Source: Candidatus Cloacimonadota bacterium (GTDB lineage: Bacteria > Cloacimonadota > Cloacimonadia > JGIOTU-2). From it: a DNA stretch of 64,000 nucleotides. Shown here piece by piece: positions 1 through 8,415 of this stretch (positions are counted from its first letter, which is position 1; the number at the start of each line of letters is the position of its first letter). Both the position numbers and the translations under genes were made by a program. The stretch lies in contig JBNGBT010000009.1 in NCBI GenBank assembly GCA_049903315.1, positions 51,924 through 115,923 of the forward strand, in the 5' to 3' direction. The notes under the pieces are model-generated. The model saw nothing but the letters and a program-made list of their open reading frames with translations. It made no database searches and was not told the origin of the DNA.

Positions 1-1
1 A

Positions 2-685
2 GAAAGGAATTCACCCTCAATCTTTTCAATTAAAAATGAACATTTCTGTGAACCGCGAGTGTTAGCTTTTTACACCAGTTTGGCTTTATCAAAATTCTGG
101 GGGGCAAAAATACTTCTTAATAATAAATGGAAATTATATCTTGATTACAGTTATAATTTAAAATCAAAAATAAAAGATGGAAAATCACCAAAGTTAAAGG
201 CGTTTGAAACAATATTTTCACAATATATCCCTGAAATGAACTTATACCCTCCAGATATAAGATCAAACTGTATAACATGTAAGCACTTTGAAAAATGCAA
301 TTCAGAGCACCTTTTTAATGTAGAAAAGTATCTGGGGAAATATTCAAAAATCAGAGAATACGATGAATTATACCAGCTAAGAAAAGTAATAAACAAAATA
401 ATTCTAAGGACAACTGGCGAATTTAACCCAAACGATATAAAAAAGGAATTTTCTGAAGTAAAAATAAAATTAAGAAAACAGATGAGAAAGGTGTTCCCAT
501 CCTTCTCTCGTTGGTCAAAAATTTCTACAATTATATCTATCCCGGTTATTACATTCGGCTTATCATCTGGTAATCATTTAATTAGTGCTGCAGGTGGTGC
601 TTTGGCTGGTATGTCAAAAATGATTGAAAAATATATCGATTTATTTAACAATAAAAACAGATGGATATACTTTAAACAAGATTAA
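2..685 (+). CDS. Hypothetical protein, 5'-truncated by the window edge, with a CxxCxxxxxC cluster and a C-terminal hydrophobic Gly/Ala hairpin
   Basis: Frame is open from position 2 (ERNSPSIFSIKNEHFCEPRVLAF...) to TAA at 683-685; very AT-rich; motifs CITCKHFEKC and ISTIISIPVITFGL...AAGGALAG. Confidence 0.7.
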   Translation, partial: ERNSPSIFSIKNEHFCEPRVLAFYTSLALSKFWGAKILLNNKWKLYLDYSYNLKSKIKDGKSPKLKAFETIFSQYIPEMNLYPPDIRSNCITCKHFEKCNSEHLFNVEKYLGKYSKIREYDELYQLRKVINKIILRTTGEFNPNDIKKEFSEVKIKLRKQMRKVFPSFSRWSKISTIISIPVITFGLSSGNHLISAAGGALAGMSKMIEKYIDLFNNKNRWIYFKQD

Positions 686-773
686 CGGTATCTATTAAAT
701 AAATATTTTAGTCATTATTAGATAATTTAAATATTATGAAATAACATAGTTTCTTTAAATTTCGGAGGTCTTC

Positions 774-1673
774 ATGCCTATTACTCATCGTCAATTCAAC
801 CCGGAAGATTTCGCTCGTGTAAGTGATTTCCTTATCGCACATTATCTTCCGGAAAACCGTGATGGCAACTGGCTGCAGCCGGCATGGGAGTATATGCATA
901 CGCATCCTGCACTTGATGAGAAGTCTTTGAATAAGATCAGGATATGGGAAGACAACAGAGAAATCGTAGCTGTGGTTCATTATGAGTCCCGGCTTGGGGA
1001 AGCGTTTTTCCAGGTTCATCCTGACTATGGTAATCTCAAATCGGAAATGCTCGAGTATGCAGAGCACTCTTTTAAGGGTACAACAAAAGAAGGCAAAACA
1101 TATCTGCATGTGTTTGTGAATGATTTTGATAATGACTTCAAAAGTCTTGTCCGGTCAAAAGGGTACATACGAGCCGCAGCAGAAGATCGTCCTCTTTCCA
1201 TGATGCGTATACCCTGCCCATTTCCTGAAATTGCAGTACCGGATGGATTTATCATCAAAAGTCTCGCTGATGAGAATGACTTATACAAGATCAATCGTGT
1301 ACTTTGGAGAGGTTTTAACCACCCTGGAGAACCGCCTGAAGAAGATGAGGATATTGAAGATAGGAGAAAAATGCAGTCAAGCCCAAACTTCAGAAAAGAT
1401 CTGACCATTGTGGTCGCGGCAACATCCGGAGATTTTGTTGCCTTTGCCGGAACATGGTTCGCTCCAAAAAATAATTTTGCATATGTAGAACCCGTTGCCA
1501 CTGATCCCGATTTCCGTAAAAGGGGGCTGGGAAAAGCAGCAGTACTCGAAGGTATCCGACGCTGTTGTGAATTAGGGGCAGCCGTTGCGTATGTAGGTTC
1601 GGACCAGTTTTTCTATCAGAAACTTGGATTTAAAAAAATCTTTACTACAGAATGCTGGGAAAAATATTTCTGA
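774..1673 (+). CDS. GNAT family N-acetyltransferase (tandem GNAT-type domains)
   Basis: GGAGG RBS; C-terminal acetyl-CoA motif EPVATDPDFRKRGLGKA and FYQKLGF. Confidence 0.9.
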   Translation: MPITHRQFNPEDFARVSDFLIAHYLPENRDGNWLQPAWEYMHTHPALDEKSLNKIRIWEDNREIVAVVHYESRLGEAFFQVHPDYGNLKSEMLEYAEHSFKGTTKEGKTYLHVFVNDFDNDFKSLVRSKGYIRAAAEDRPLSMMRIPCPFPEIAVPDGFIIKSLADENDLYKINRVLWRGFNHPGEPPEEDEDIEDRRKMQSSPNFRKDLTIVVAATSGDFVAFAGTWFAPKNNFAYVEPVATDPDFRKRGLGKAAVLEGIRRCCELGAAVAYVGSDQFFYQKLGFKKIFTTECWEKYF

Positions 1674-1694
1674 AAAATAATAGGGAGCTTTCCA

Positions 1695-2606
1695 TTGGAA
1701 AACATAACTGACAAAACGATCTTTACTACCCTTATCAGGTCTCCTCAAGAAATCCCTCACGTGCGCCTGCTCATAGATAGCATTCGTACTTGGGGAGGAG
1801 TTATGGCGGACATTCCAATTATTATCTTTAATGTGAATCCGATTGAGGTCTCAACCAAGGAATTAGAAGGTAAGAATGTTGAAAGTATCATGCTTGATGT
1901 TCCGGAGAATCTCAGGAGATATTTCTATGGTGATAAAGTTTTTGCAAGTGCGCGTGCCGAAGAACTCTATCCCGAAATGGAGACGATCATCTGGATCGAT
2001 CCTGCATGTCTGGTAGTGAATCCTCCACTCGAATACCAGCTACAAAAAAAGTATGACTGCGCTGTTCGTCCTGTGCATATCAAAAATGTAGGTCTTCAAG
2101 CAAACGACTCACTCGATATTTTCTGGAAAAGGATCTATGAAATATGCGGTGTTAATGATATCGGCAGAACAGTCGAAACCTTTGTTGATAAAAAGCTTAT
2201 TCGGGCATATTATAATACTCATGCTCTCTCGGTGACTCCTGCTGCATGTTTGTTCAGACAATGGTTTTCATTATTTGAAAAACTCCTACAAGATGCTGAT
2301 TACCAGCAAGCTGCATGTGAGGATGTGTGGCACAAGGTTTTCCTCCACCAGGCAGTACTGAGTGCGCTCATTTCAGTCAGATGCGATGCGGACAGCGTGC
2401 GAATCCTTCCCCCCGAATATAATTATCCTTACAATCTGCAGGACAAAGTCCCCGATGAAAGAAGAGCCGCTGTTCTTAATGATCTTGTTACGGTCGCATA
2501 TGAAAACCGCACCCTCGATCCTGATACAATGGATGATATCGAGGTTCTCGAGCCACTGAAGGGGTGGTTGGAACGTGCTGTTCATATATCGCCAGGTTCG
2601 AACTAA
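1695..2606 (+). CDS. Hypothetical protein, GT8/nucleotide-diphospho-sugar transferase-like
   Basis: GGGAG RBS and TTG start; LLIDSIRTWGG, IIWIDPACLVVNPP, HQAVLS and LPPEYNYPY resemble GT-A/GT8 segments; DxD is degenerate (DPA). Confidence 0.5.
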   Translation: MENITDKTIFTTLIRSPQEIPHVRLLIDSIRTWGGVMADIPIIIFNVNPIEVSTKELEGKNVESIMLDVPENLRRYFYGDKVFASARAEELYPEMETIIWIDPACLVVNPPLEYQLQKKYDCAVRPVHIKNVGLQANDSLDIFWKRIYEICGVNDIGRTVETFVDKKLIRAYYNTHALSVTPAACLFRQWFSLFEKLLQDADYQQAACEDVWHKVFLHQAVLSALISVRCDADSVRILPPEYNYPYNLQDKVPDERRAAVLNDLVTVAYENRTLDPDTMDDIEVLEPLKGWLERAVHISPGSN

Positions 2607-2787
2607 AGGCGATATTGCACTCAAAATTCAAAATAAAGTCCCTTTTATAAAAATTTATTGACCGCTAAACAGAATTTTGAACAAATTTTCTCTATCACAC
2701 AGAATATATCGTAATTAATGCAGGTTCTCAAATTATTTTCACAGCAGAAACAGGAAAAATAAATAATATAAACTGGAGTAATACCCT

Positions 2788-4515
2788 ATGATAAAAGGTG
2801 TTCTTTTCATAGTAATTTTATTTCTCTTTTCTCCTCTCAAAGCGTATGAAACTACTCCCCCTGTTATCCACAAACCTTTTGATGAATCCGCTATTACACA
2901 ACCTCGTTATATCCCTCTGCAACCTCCCTCGGGACTTGAGATCGTTAATCCTGCAGAATTCGGCAGATCCGATGGCGTCATACTTGCGTGGCCAGGATGG
3001 GGGAATGAGATCATCGGAGATATCGCTTTTGAGGTTGCTCAGGACTATAAAGTGTTCATGGTTGTTGCCAATGATTATTATGAAACAGTTGCCGCTGCAT
3101 ATCTCACTTCTGTGGGTGTGAACATGGCAAATGTGTCCTTTATTCATGATTCCACGATGAACAATTCCGGTATGTGGATTCGGGATTATGGACCCTTCTG
3201 TATACATGATGACGGCAAACGTGGAATTGATGATTTCGTTTGGAGCGGCAATTACGGCATCGATCTTATACCCTACACTATTGCAGACACGTTTGACCTC
3301 CCTCTTTATCACAGCCCTGTTATCCATCATGGCGGCAATCATATATCAGACGGCAACGGCATGGGCTTTTTCTCTACAAATATTTTCAACCATAATACTT
3401 CCTACACCCATACTCAAATTAAGCAGGAATTCAAGGATTTCTTCGGTATAGACTCCATGGTCGTGTTCGCACCAATGAATGGTGATGGCACCGGGCATGT
3501 GGATATGTTCTGCAAATTATTGAATGATACGCTTCTCATCGTCGGAGAATATGAAACTCCAAGTGCAAGTTACCCCGGCGATTATGATCTTCTAAATAAT
3601 CTGGCTGCTTATCTTGGCACACTTACCAATATTGACGGCAGAAAATTCAGGGTGGAAAGAATCCCGATGCCTGCTTATTATTATGGCGGTCCCGCAGGAA
3701 CAATAAACTACACCTATACAAATTCACTTATTATTAACAACAAGGTACTTGTGCCCGTGTATGGATTTGATATGGATGCAGCCGCATTACAGGTTTATGC
3801 AGATTTGATGCCCGACCATGAAATAATCGGCATCGATTCTGAATTTATCATCCAGTACTGGGGTGCAGTTCATTGTATTACTAGTGAGCTTTTCAGCAAC
3901 AATCCATTGATAGTACTTCATCATGCAATAGATACTCTTATAGCGGGTGTAGCTCCGCAGATAAAATTCCGGCTTAATCCAAAATTTGCTGTGTCGGGAG
4001 GATCTGTTTTTTACAAATTAGACTCAGGCATTTTTTTTACTGAAGTTATCGCAGAACTGAACGGAGGAGTATGGACTGCGAGTTTGCCTGCGATGTCAGA
4101 GAATTTCTCTTACTATATTGAAGGTTCTTCTGTTTCCGGCAGTTATAATTTCGAAACAACTCTCCCGGAAAATGCCCCCTGGGAAACCTTCCCTGTTCTT
4201 GTGGAAAATGTTGCGGCTGACAATGAACATGCTTCACCATCCATATGTCTTACCAACTACCCAAATCCTTTCAATCCATCAACGACGATCTCATTCAGCA
4301 TTCATGATCCGGGAAAAATAGAAGTGAGTATATATAATATTAAGGGGCAAAAAGTAAAGAATCTGCTCAAGGAGCCAAAAGAATCCGGCACATACTCAAT
4401 AGTTTGGAATGGGAGAGATGAAAAAGAACAAGCGGTTGAGAGCGGAATATATTTCATCAGGCTTGCCACAGAAAAAGGGCATACCACAATAAAACGAATG
4501 ATATTGATGAGATAG
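2788..4515 (+). CDS. Secreted agmatine/peptidylarginine deiminase family protein with FlgD-Ig/T9SS-type C-terminal domain
   Basis: Signal peptide; PAEF, WIRDYGP, GGN, DGTGHVD, YTNSLI and GAVHCIT deiminase motifs; C-terminal NYPNPFNPSTTISF...IYNIKGQKV...WNG...SGIYF. Confidence 0.9.
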   Translation: MIKGVLFIVILFLFSPLKAYETTPPVIHKPFDESAITQPRYIPLQPPSGLEIVNPAEFGRSDGVILAWPGWGNEIIGDIAFEVAQDYKVFMVVANDYYETVAAAYLTSVGVNMANVSFIHDSTMNNSGMWIRDYGPFCIHDDGKRGIDDFVWSGNYGIDLIPYTIADTFDLPLYHSPVIHHGGNHISDGNGMGFFSTNIFNHNTSYTHTQIKQEFKDFFGIDSMVVFAPMNGDGTGHVDMFCKLLNDTLLIVGEYETPSASYPGDYDLLNNLAAYLGTLTNIDGRKFRVERIPMPAYYYGGPAGTINYTYTNSLIINNKVLVPVYGFDMDAAALQVYADLMPDHEIIGIDSEFIIQYWGAVHCITSELFSNNPLIVLHHAIDTLIAGVAPQIKFRLNPKFAVSGGSVFYKLDSGIFFTEVIAELNGGVWTASLPAMSENFSYYIEGSSVSGSYNFETTLPENAPWETFPVLVENVAADNEHASPSICLTNYPNPFNPSTTISFSIHDPGKIEVSIYNIKGQKVKNLLKEPKESGTYSIVWNGRDEKEQAVESGIYFIRLATEKGHTTIKRMILMR

Positions 4516-4520
4516 AATTT

Positions 4521-5852
4521 ATGTTAAATTTTTTTAAATTACTGAATAAGATTTTCGGCCTATTGTTCACAATCTGCATTGTTCTTGTTCATCCAATTAT
4601 TTGGGCGGATAGCGAATCTCCTGATCTCGAATTGATTATTCAAAAAGCAGAAAATGGAGACGCTTATTACCAGGGAGTACTGGGAGGAATTTATCGTCGT
4701 GGCGAAACAGGTGAAATAAACTATAAAAAAGCCTATGATTTGTCCCGATTATCTTCTGACAAGGGTAATCCAATCGGTTCATGCAATTTAGCTGTGTTGT
4801 ATGAATATGGGATCTTCGTTACAAAAGATTCTGTCCGTGCTCATGAACTATATGCAGAAGCCTATATGCCAATGTTTGAATTGGCAAGTCAGGGCGACGA
4901 AAGGGCTCAGGTGAATTTGGGATATATGCTCGAGCTTGGTAATGGCGTTGATCCCGATCTACAAAAAGCACTGATTTGGTATGAAAGAGCTGCCGTAAAT
5001 GGATACTCTAGAGCTCAACTCATTGTGGGTTATAAGTACTATTACGGATGGGGATATGAAAAAGATTATGATAAGGCATTTGAATGGTTCAAAAAAGCGG
5101 CAGAACAAGGTTACCCAATGGCTTGGCAATTTTTGGGAATCATGTATGAAAATGGCTATGGTGTAACAAAAAGTCTTGATCGGGCTGTGAAATGGCATAG
5201 AGAAGCAGAAAAATATCAGCCCAACATAGAGGTGATGCCTCATGATTCTGTGGACTATATGTTTAATGGGATTGAATACAAGGGAGATCAAATAATTCCT
5301 GGGTTACTACCTCCCCGCTTTATACTTGAAATTCCTGAAGGCAGCTGTGGTGAATCCTGTTTGTGGAGTATCATTAATTCAAAAGAATTCATTTCTGCAC
5401 AGTTAGAGATCAACACAGATGGAGGGAGTCCCGGGAGAGGATTGCATGCAAACGAGCTTCATAAACCTTTAGATAAATATCACATTCAATATGAGGATAA
5501 TATGAACAAATCATATTTTAACTATGTGGTATCGTTTTTTAATCCTGCAAACCTTTTTTCATCACATGCAAATAAATATAGAGCTTTTTTATATGATGAG
5601 ATAATCGAGAAAGTAAAACAGGGAAATCCAATTATTTTAGGAGTTAAAATATATCCGGATAAACATTATTTTTGGGATTGTGATCACTTTATTTTACTGG
5701 TTGGATATAATGAAACTACAAACGAGTTGATCTTCAATGATTTCAACGCACGAAAAAGAATACACGCAGATAAGCTGTTAGATAAAACTGATGGATATTC
5801 CATAATAAACAGGTATAATTTTCTCAATTATATAGAAATTAAGAACTTTTAA
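4521..5852 (+). CDS. Sel1-like repeat protein fused to a C39/papain-like peptidase domain
   Basis: Repeated AQ..LG..Y..G.G...D..KA..W...AA motifs; C-terminal GSCGESCL, DHFILLVGY and LIFND (Cys-His-Asp pattern). Confidence 0.8.
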   Translation: MLNFFKLLNKIFGLLFTICIVLVHPIIWADSESPDLELIIQKAENGDAYYQGVLGGIYRRGETGEINYKKAYDLSRLSSDKGNPIGSCNLAVLYEYGIFVTKDSVRAHELYAEAYMPMFELASQGDERAQVNLGYMLELGNGVDPDLQKALIWYERAAVNGYSRAQLIVGYKYYYGWGYEKDYDKAFEWFKKAAEQGYPMAWQFLGIMYENGYGVTKSLDRAVKWHREAEKYQPNIEVMPHDSVDYMFNGIEYKGDQIIPGLLPPRFILEIPEGSCGESCLWSIINSKEFISAQLEINTDGGSPGRGLHANELHKPLDKYHIQYEDNMNKSYFNYVVSFFNPANLFSSHANKYRAFLYDEIIEKVKQGNPIILGVKIYPDKHYFWDCDHFILLVGYNETTNELIFNDFNARKRIHADKLLDKTDGYSIINRYNFLNYIEIKNF

Positions 5853-5895
5853 AATCAGTTCAAAATTAAATAAAAATTCGATCAGGAGGTTTTGT

Positions 5896-7012
5896 ATGTC
5901 GCTTGCTGCTACAATTATCGGATGGATTTTATGTGGTATCTTCTTCATCTTTAATGATCATAACCCTTTCTCTAGGAAGAATCGTTCCGGCTATACCGTT
6001 ACTTCTTACCTGTATCCTTGTTTCACCCCTTTTCGGAAAATTGTTCAAAACGAAAAACGTCAAAATCATCATGTATATTGTGCGTACAGTTCTCGTGCTT
6101 GTATTTCTTTTTGGTTTTGTCATGCTCTCGTTCATTGATGCGATAAAATATCCTTTATACAAAACCAATCAGCTCAAAGCAGACCTGCAACGCGTCTATG
6201 ATGAGAAGATGGAAAAATGGCCAGTATCTTATGAGACACAATTTGTTGAATGTGCCGGGGGAAATGCATTTGTGGTTATCTGCGGTCCTGAAGATACTCC
6301 TCCCGTTCTGCTGTTCCATGCTGCAAGTATGGGATCGTGGTCATGGCTTTATAACGTTGAAGAGCTCGCTCAAGATCATAGAGTGTATGCCATAGATTAT
6401 ATTGGGGAACCCGGTAAAAGCATTGTAACAGACGAAAAGGCAATTCCTTTTGATACTGATGGTCTTAATAAAATGTATGATGACATCATAGCAGGACTTG
6501 GCATCAACCAACCTTATGATGTAATCGGAGCGTCTTTTGGTGGATTCGTTGCAGTTAATCGTGCGATGCATGCCCCCACTGATGTCAAATCCGTTATATT
6601 ACTCGGTCCTATGGGAATGACGCCAGCCACTTCGAGCGTGAATACAAAACTTATGGCATACCAGCTATTCCCGCTTAAGCCATTCCATAAAATGATGTTC
6701 CACTGGGCTTTGGGATATGATCCTGATGTTGTTTCAGAAACAGAGGAATGGTTCTGGCTGGTGCTGAATGGTGTCACAAGAAAAGGATCACCGCCAAATA
6801 CGTTCACACCTGAGCAATTAAAAAAGATAAAAATTCCCATGCTCCTCGTTCTTGGAGACAAAGATGGGCTTGTGGGAAATCCTGAAATAGTAACTCCGCT
6901 TGCTCAAAATGTACTCAATATGAATATTGAGATTCTGCCTTCCGGTTATCTTATCGGTATGGAAAAACCGGAAGAGACCAATGCCCTGATTATGGAGTTC
7001 CTTAGTAAGTAA
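5896..7012 (+). pseudogene. Membrane-anchored alpha/beta hydrolase with a probable +1 frameshift near 5950-5952 and a catalytic His-to-Tyr change
   Basis: Strong RBS CAGGAGG precedes ATG 5896, whose frame stops at 6138; deleting one T of the TTT at 5950-5952 fuses it to the hydrolase frame (VYAIDYIGEPGKS, GASFGG, LGDKD); SGYLIGME lies where GH is expected. Confidence 0.7.
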
Positions 7013-7240
7013 AATTCCCCTGCCAGAACCTAACGAAGCAGGAGTTTCTACACAACACAGTCTCCCCCTGCTTGTCATTTATTGAGATATACTCCCTTCG
7101 AAGGTAGTGGGGTTGCTTCGGAAGTTAAATCTTAAAAAGGTGAATCTTACTGATGATGACTCGATAAAAATAACCCATAAAAATTTGACAAGCAAAAACA
7201 CGTGTTCCTCTTTATCAAAAAAACACATATTAATAAAATT

Positions 7241-7507
7241 ATGAAATACGATATTGACCAAACGTGCAAAATATTAAAAGCACTCTCTCATCCGGACAGG
7301 CTGAAGATCGTGATCGGGTTATATCACGATGAATGTAATGTATCTGCCTGCCAGAAAAAGATGAATCTTCCGCAATCAACCATTTCCCAGCACCTGAGAA
7401 CGATCCGTGAAGCAGGAATTTGTATCAGCATGCGCAAGGGAAATCAGGTTTGCTATAAAGTGATTGATAAGTTTGCGATTGAACTTATCAAAGTCATGGA
7501 AGGATAA
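7241..7507 (+). CDS. ArsR/SmtB family transcriptional regulator
   Basis: LKALSHPDRLKIV...ECNV...LPQSTISQHLRTIREAG...RKGNQVCY; ATG 7241 preferred over GTG 7202; TTGACA at 7185. Confidence 0.9.
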   Translation: MKYDIDQTCKILKALSHPDRLKIVIGLYHDECNVSACQKKMNLPQSTISQHLRTIREAGICISMRKGNQVCYKVIDKFAIELIKVMEG

Positions 7508-7522
7508 ATTTTTTTACTTATG

Positions 7523-7544
7523 TATATCCAATTATTCGAATATA
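7523..7544. promoter_or_regulatory. Candidate ArsR operator (imperfect palindrome) upstream of nfnA
   Basis: TATAT-CCAATTATTCGA-ATATA between the arsR stop and the nfnA RBS. Confidence 0.4.
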
Positions 7545-7572
7545 ACAATAAACAGATAGTAAGGAGAATTAC

Positions 7573-8415
7573 ATGAAACACACCATTACACGTAAGGAAG
7601 ACCTCAATGCTGCCGATTATGTCATTGATGTCGTTGCACCCCGAGTGGCAAAGAAGTTCCGGCCCGGTAATTTCGCGGTGCTGATCACAGTACCAAATGG
7701 TGAAAGGATACCGATGTCCATCGAGAGGGCTGAAGGAGATAAGATCACCATGTATATCAAGCGGCTTGGAAAAACGTCCCGCGAACTGGACACATGGAAC
7801 GTGGGTGATGCGCTTTACAAGGTTATTGGACCCATGGGAACACCTCCTCCGCTTAAGAAATACGGTACTGTCGTTTTTGCGTCAGACCTTGTATGCGGAC
7901 ACGCAGAAAATAATGCGATGTGCCGGGAGCTTTCAAAAATTATGGGCAACCACATTATTTCCATCCAAAGCTTTCCTGATAAATCACAAATTTATCCGGA
8001 ACACGAGCTCGCAAAATCTGTGGCTGATGAATTCATTTTATGCACAGAAGATGGTTCTGTTGGAAGAAAAGGACACTATCTTGATATCATGCAGGAACTA
8101 CTCGAAGAGAGAAAGATCGATCAGGTCTTTGCAGGCGGAGGAATTCCCCCCTTGCAAAAACTTTCCATTCTTACAAAAAAATATAATGTGCCGGTTTATA
8201 CAACCGTCCGCCAGATCATGGTCGATGCAACCGGTATGTGTGGCTCCTGCCGCGTGTTCATAGATGGGGAACAGAAACTCGCCTGTATCGACGGACCTAT
8301 GTTTGATGGGCATAAAGTTGACTGGGAAGCCGCAATAAGCCGATTGGCTATGTTCAAGGGAAAAGAAGCAGTGGCGATGGAATGCTATAACGAAAAAATG
8401 AAGGCGGTGGTATAA
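7573..8415 (+). CDS. nfnA: NfnA/SudB-like FAD and [2Fe-2S] small subunit (atypical)
   Basis: APRVAKKFRPGNF, GERIPMSI, IGPMG, CTEDGSVG, MVDATGMCGSCRV and ACIDGPMFDG; the GGGxG NAD loop is replaced by ASDLVCGH. Confidence 0.8.
   Translation: MKHTITRKEDLNAADYVIDVVAPRVAKKFRPGNFAVLITVPNGERIPMSIERAEGDKITMYIKRLGKTSRELDTWNVGDALYKVIGPMGTPPPLKKYGTVVFASDLVCGHAENNAMCRELSKIMGNHIISIQSFPDKSQIYPEHELAKSVADEFILCTEDGSVGRKGHYLDIMQELLEERKIDQVFAGGGIPPLQKLSILTKKYNVPVYTTVRQIMVDATGMCGSCRVFIDGEQKLACIDGPMFDGHKVDWEAAISRLAMFKGKEAVAMECYNEKMKAVV

Noticed and set aside
2705..2720. ArsR-like half site TATATCGTAATTAATG
   Set aside because: No convincing second half; too weak to call.
7028..7130. Possible integron attC site (ACCTAAC ... 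GTTAAAT with CGAAGCA/TGCTTCG arms)
   Set aside because: L-box spacing is not canonical, I found no similar sites after the other co-oriented genes, and there is no integrase in the window.
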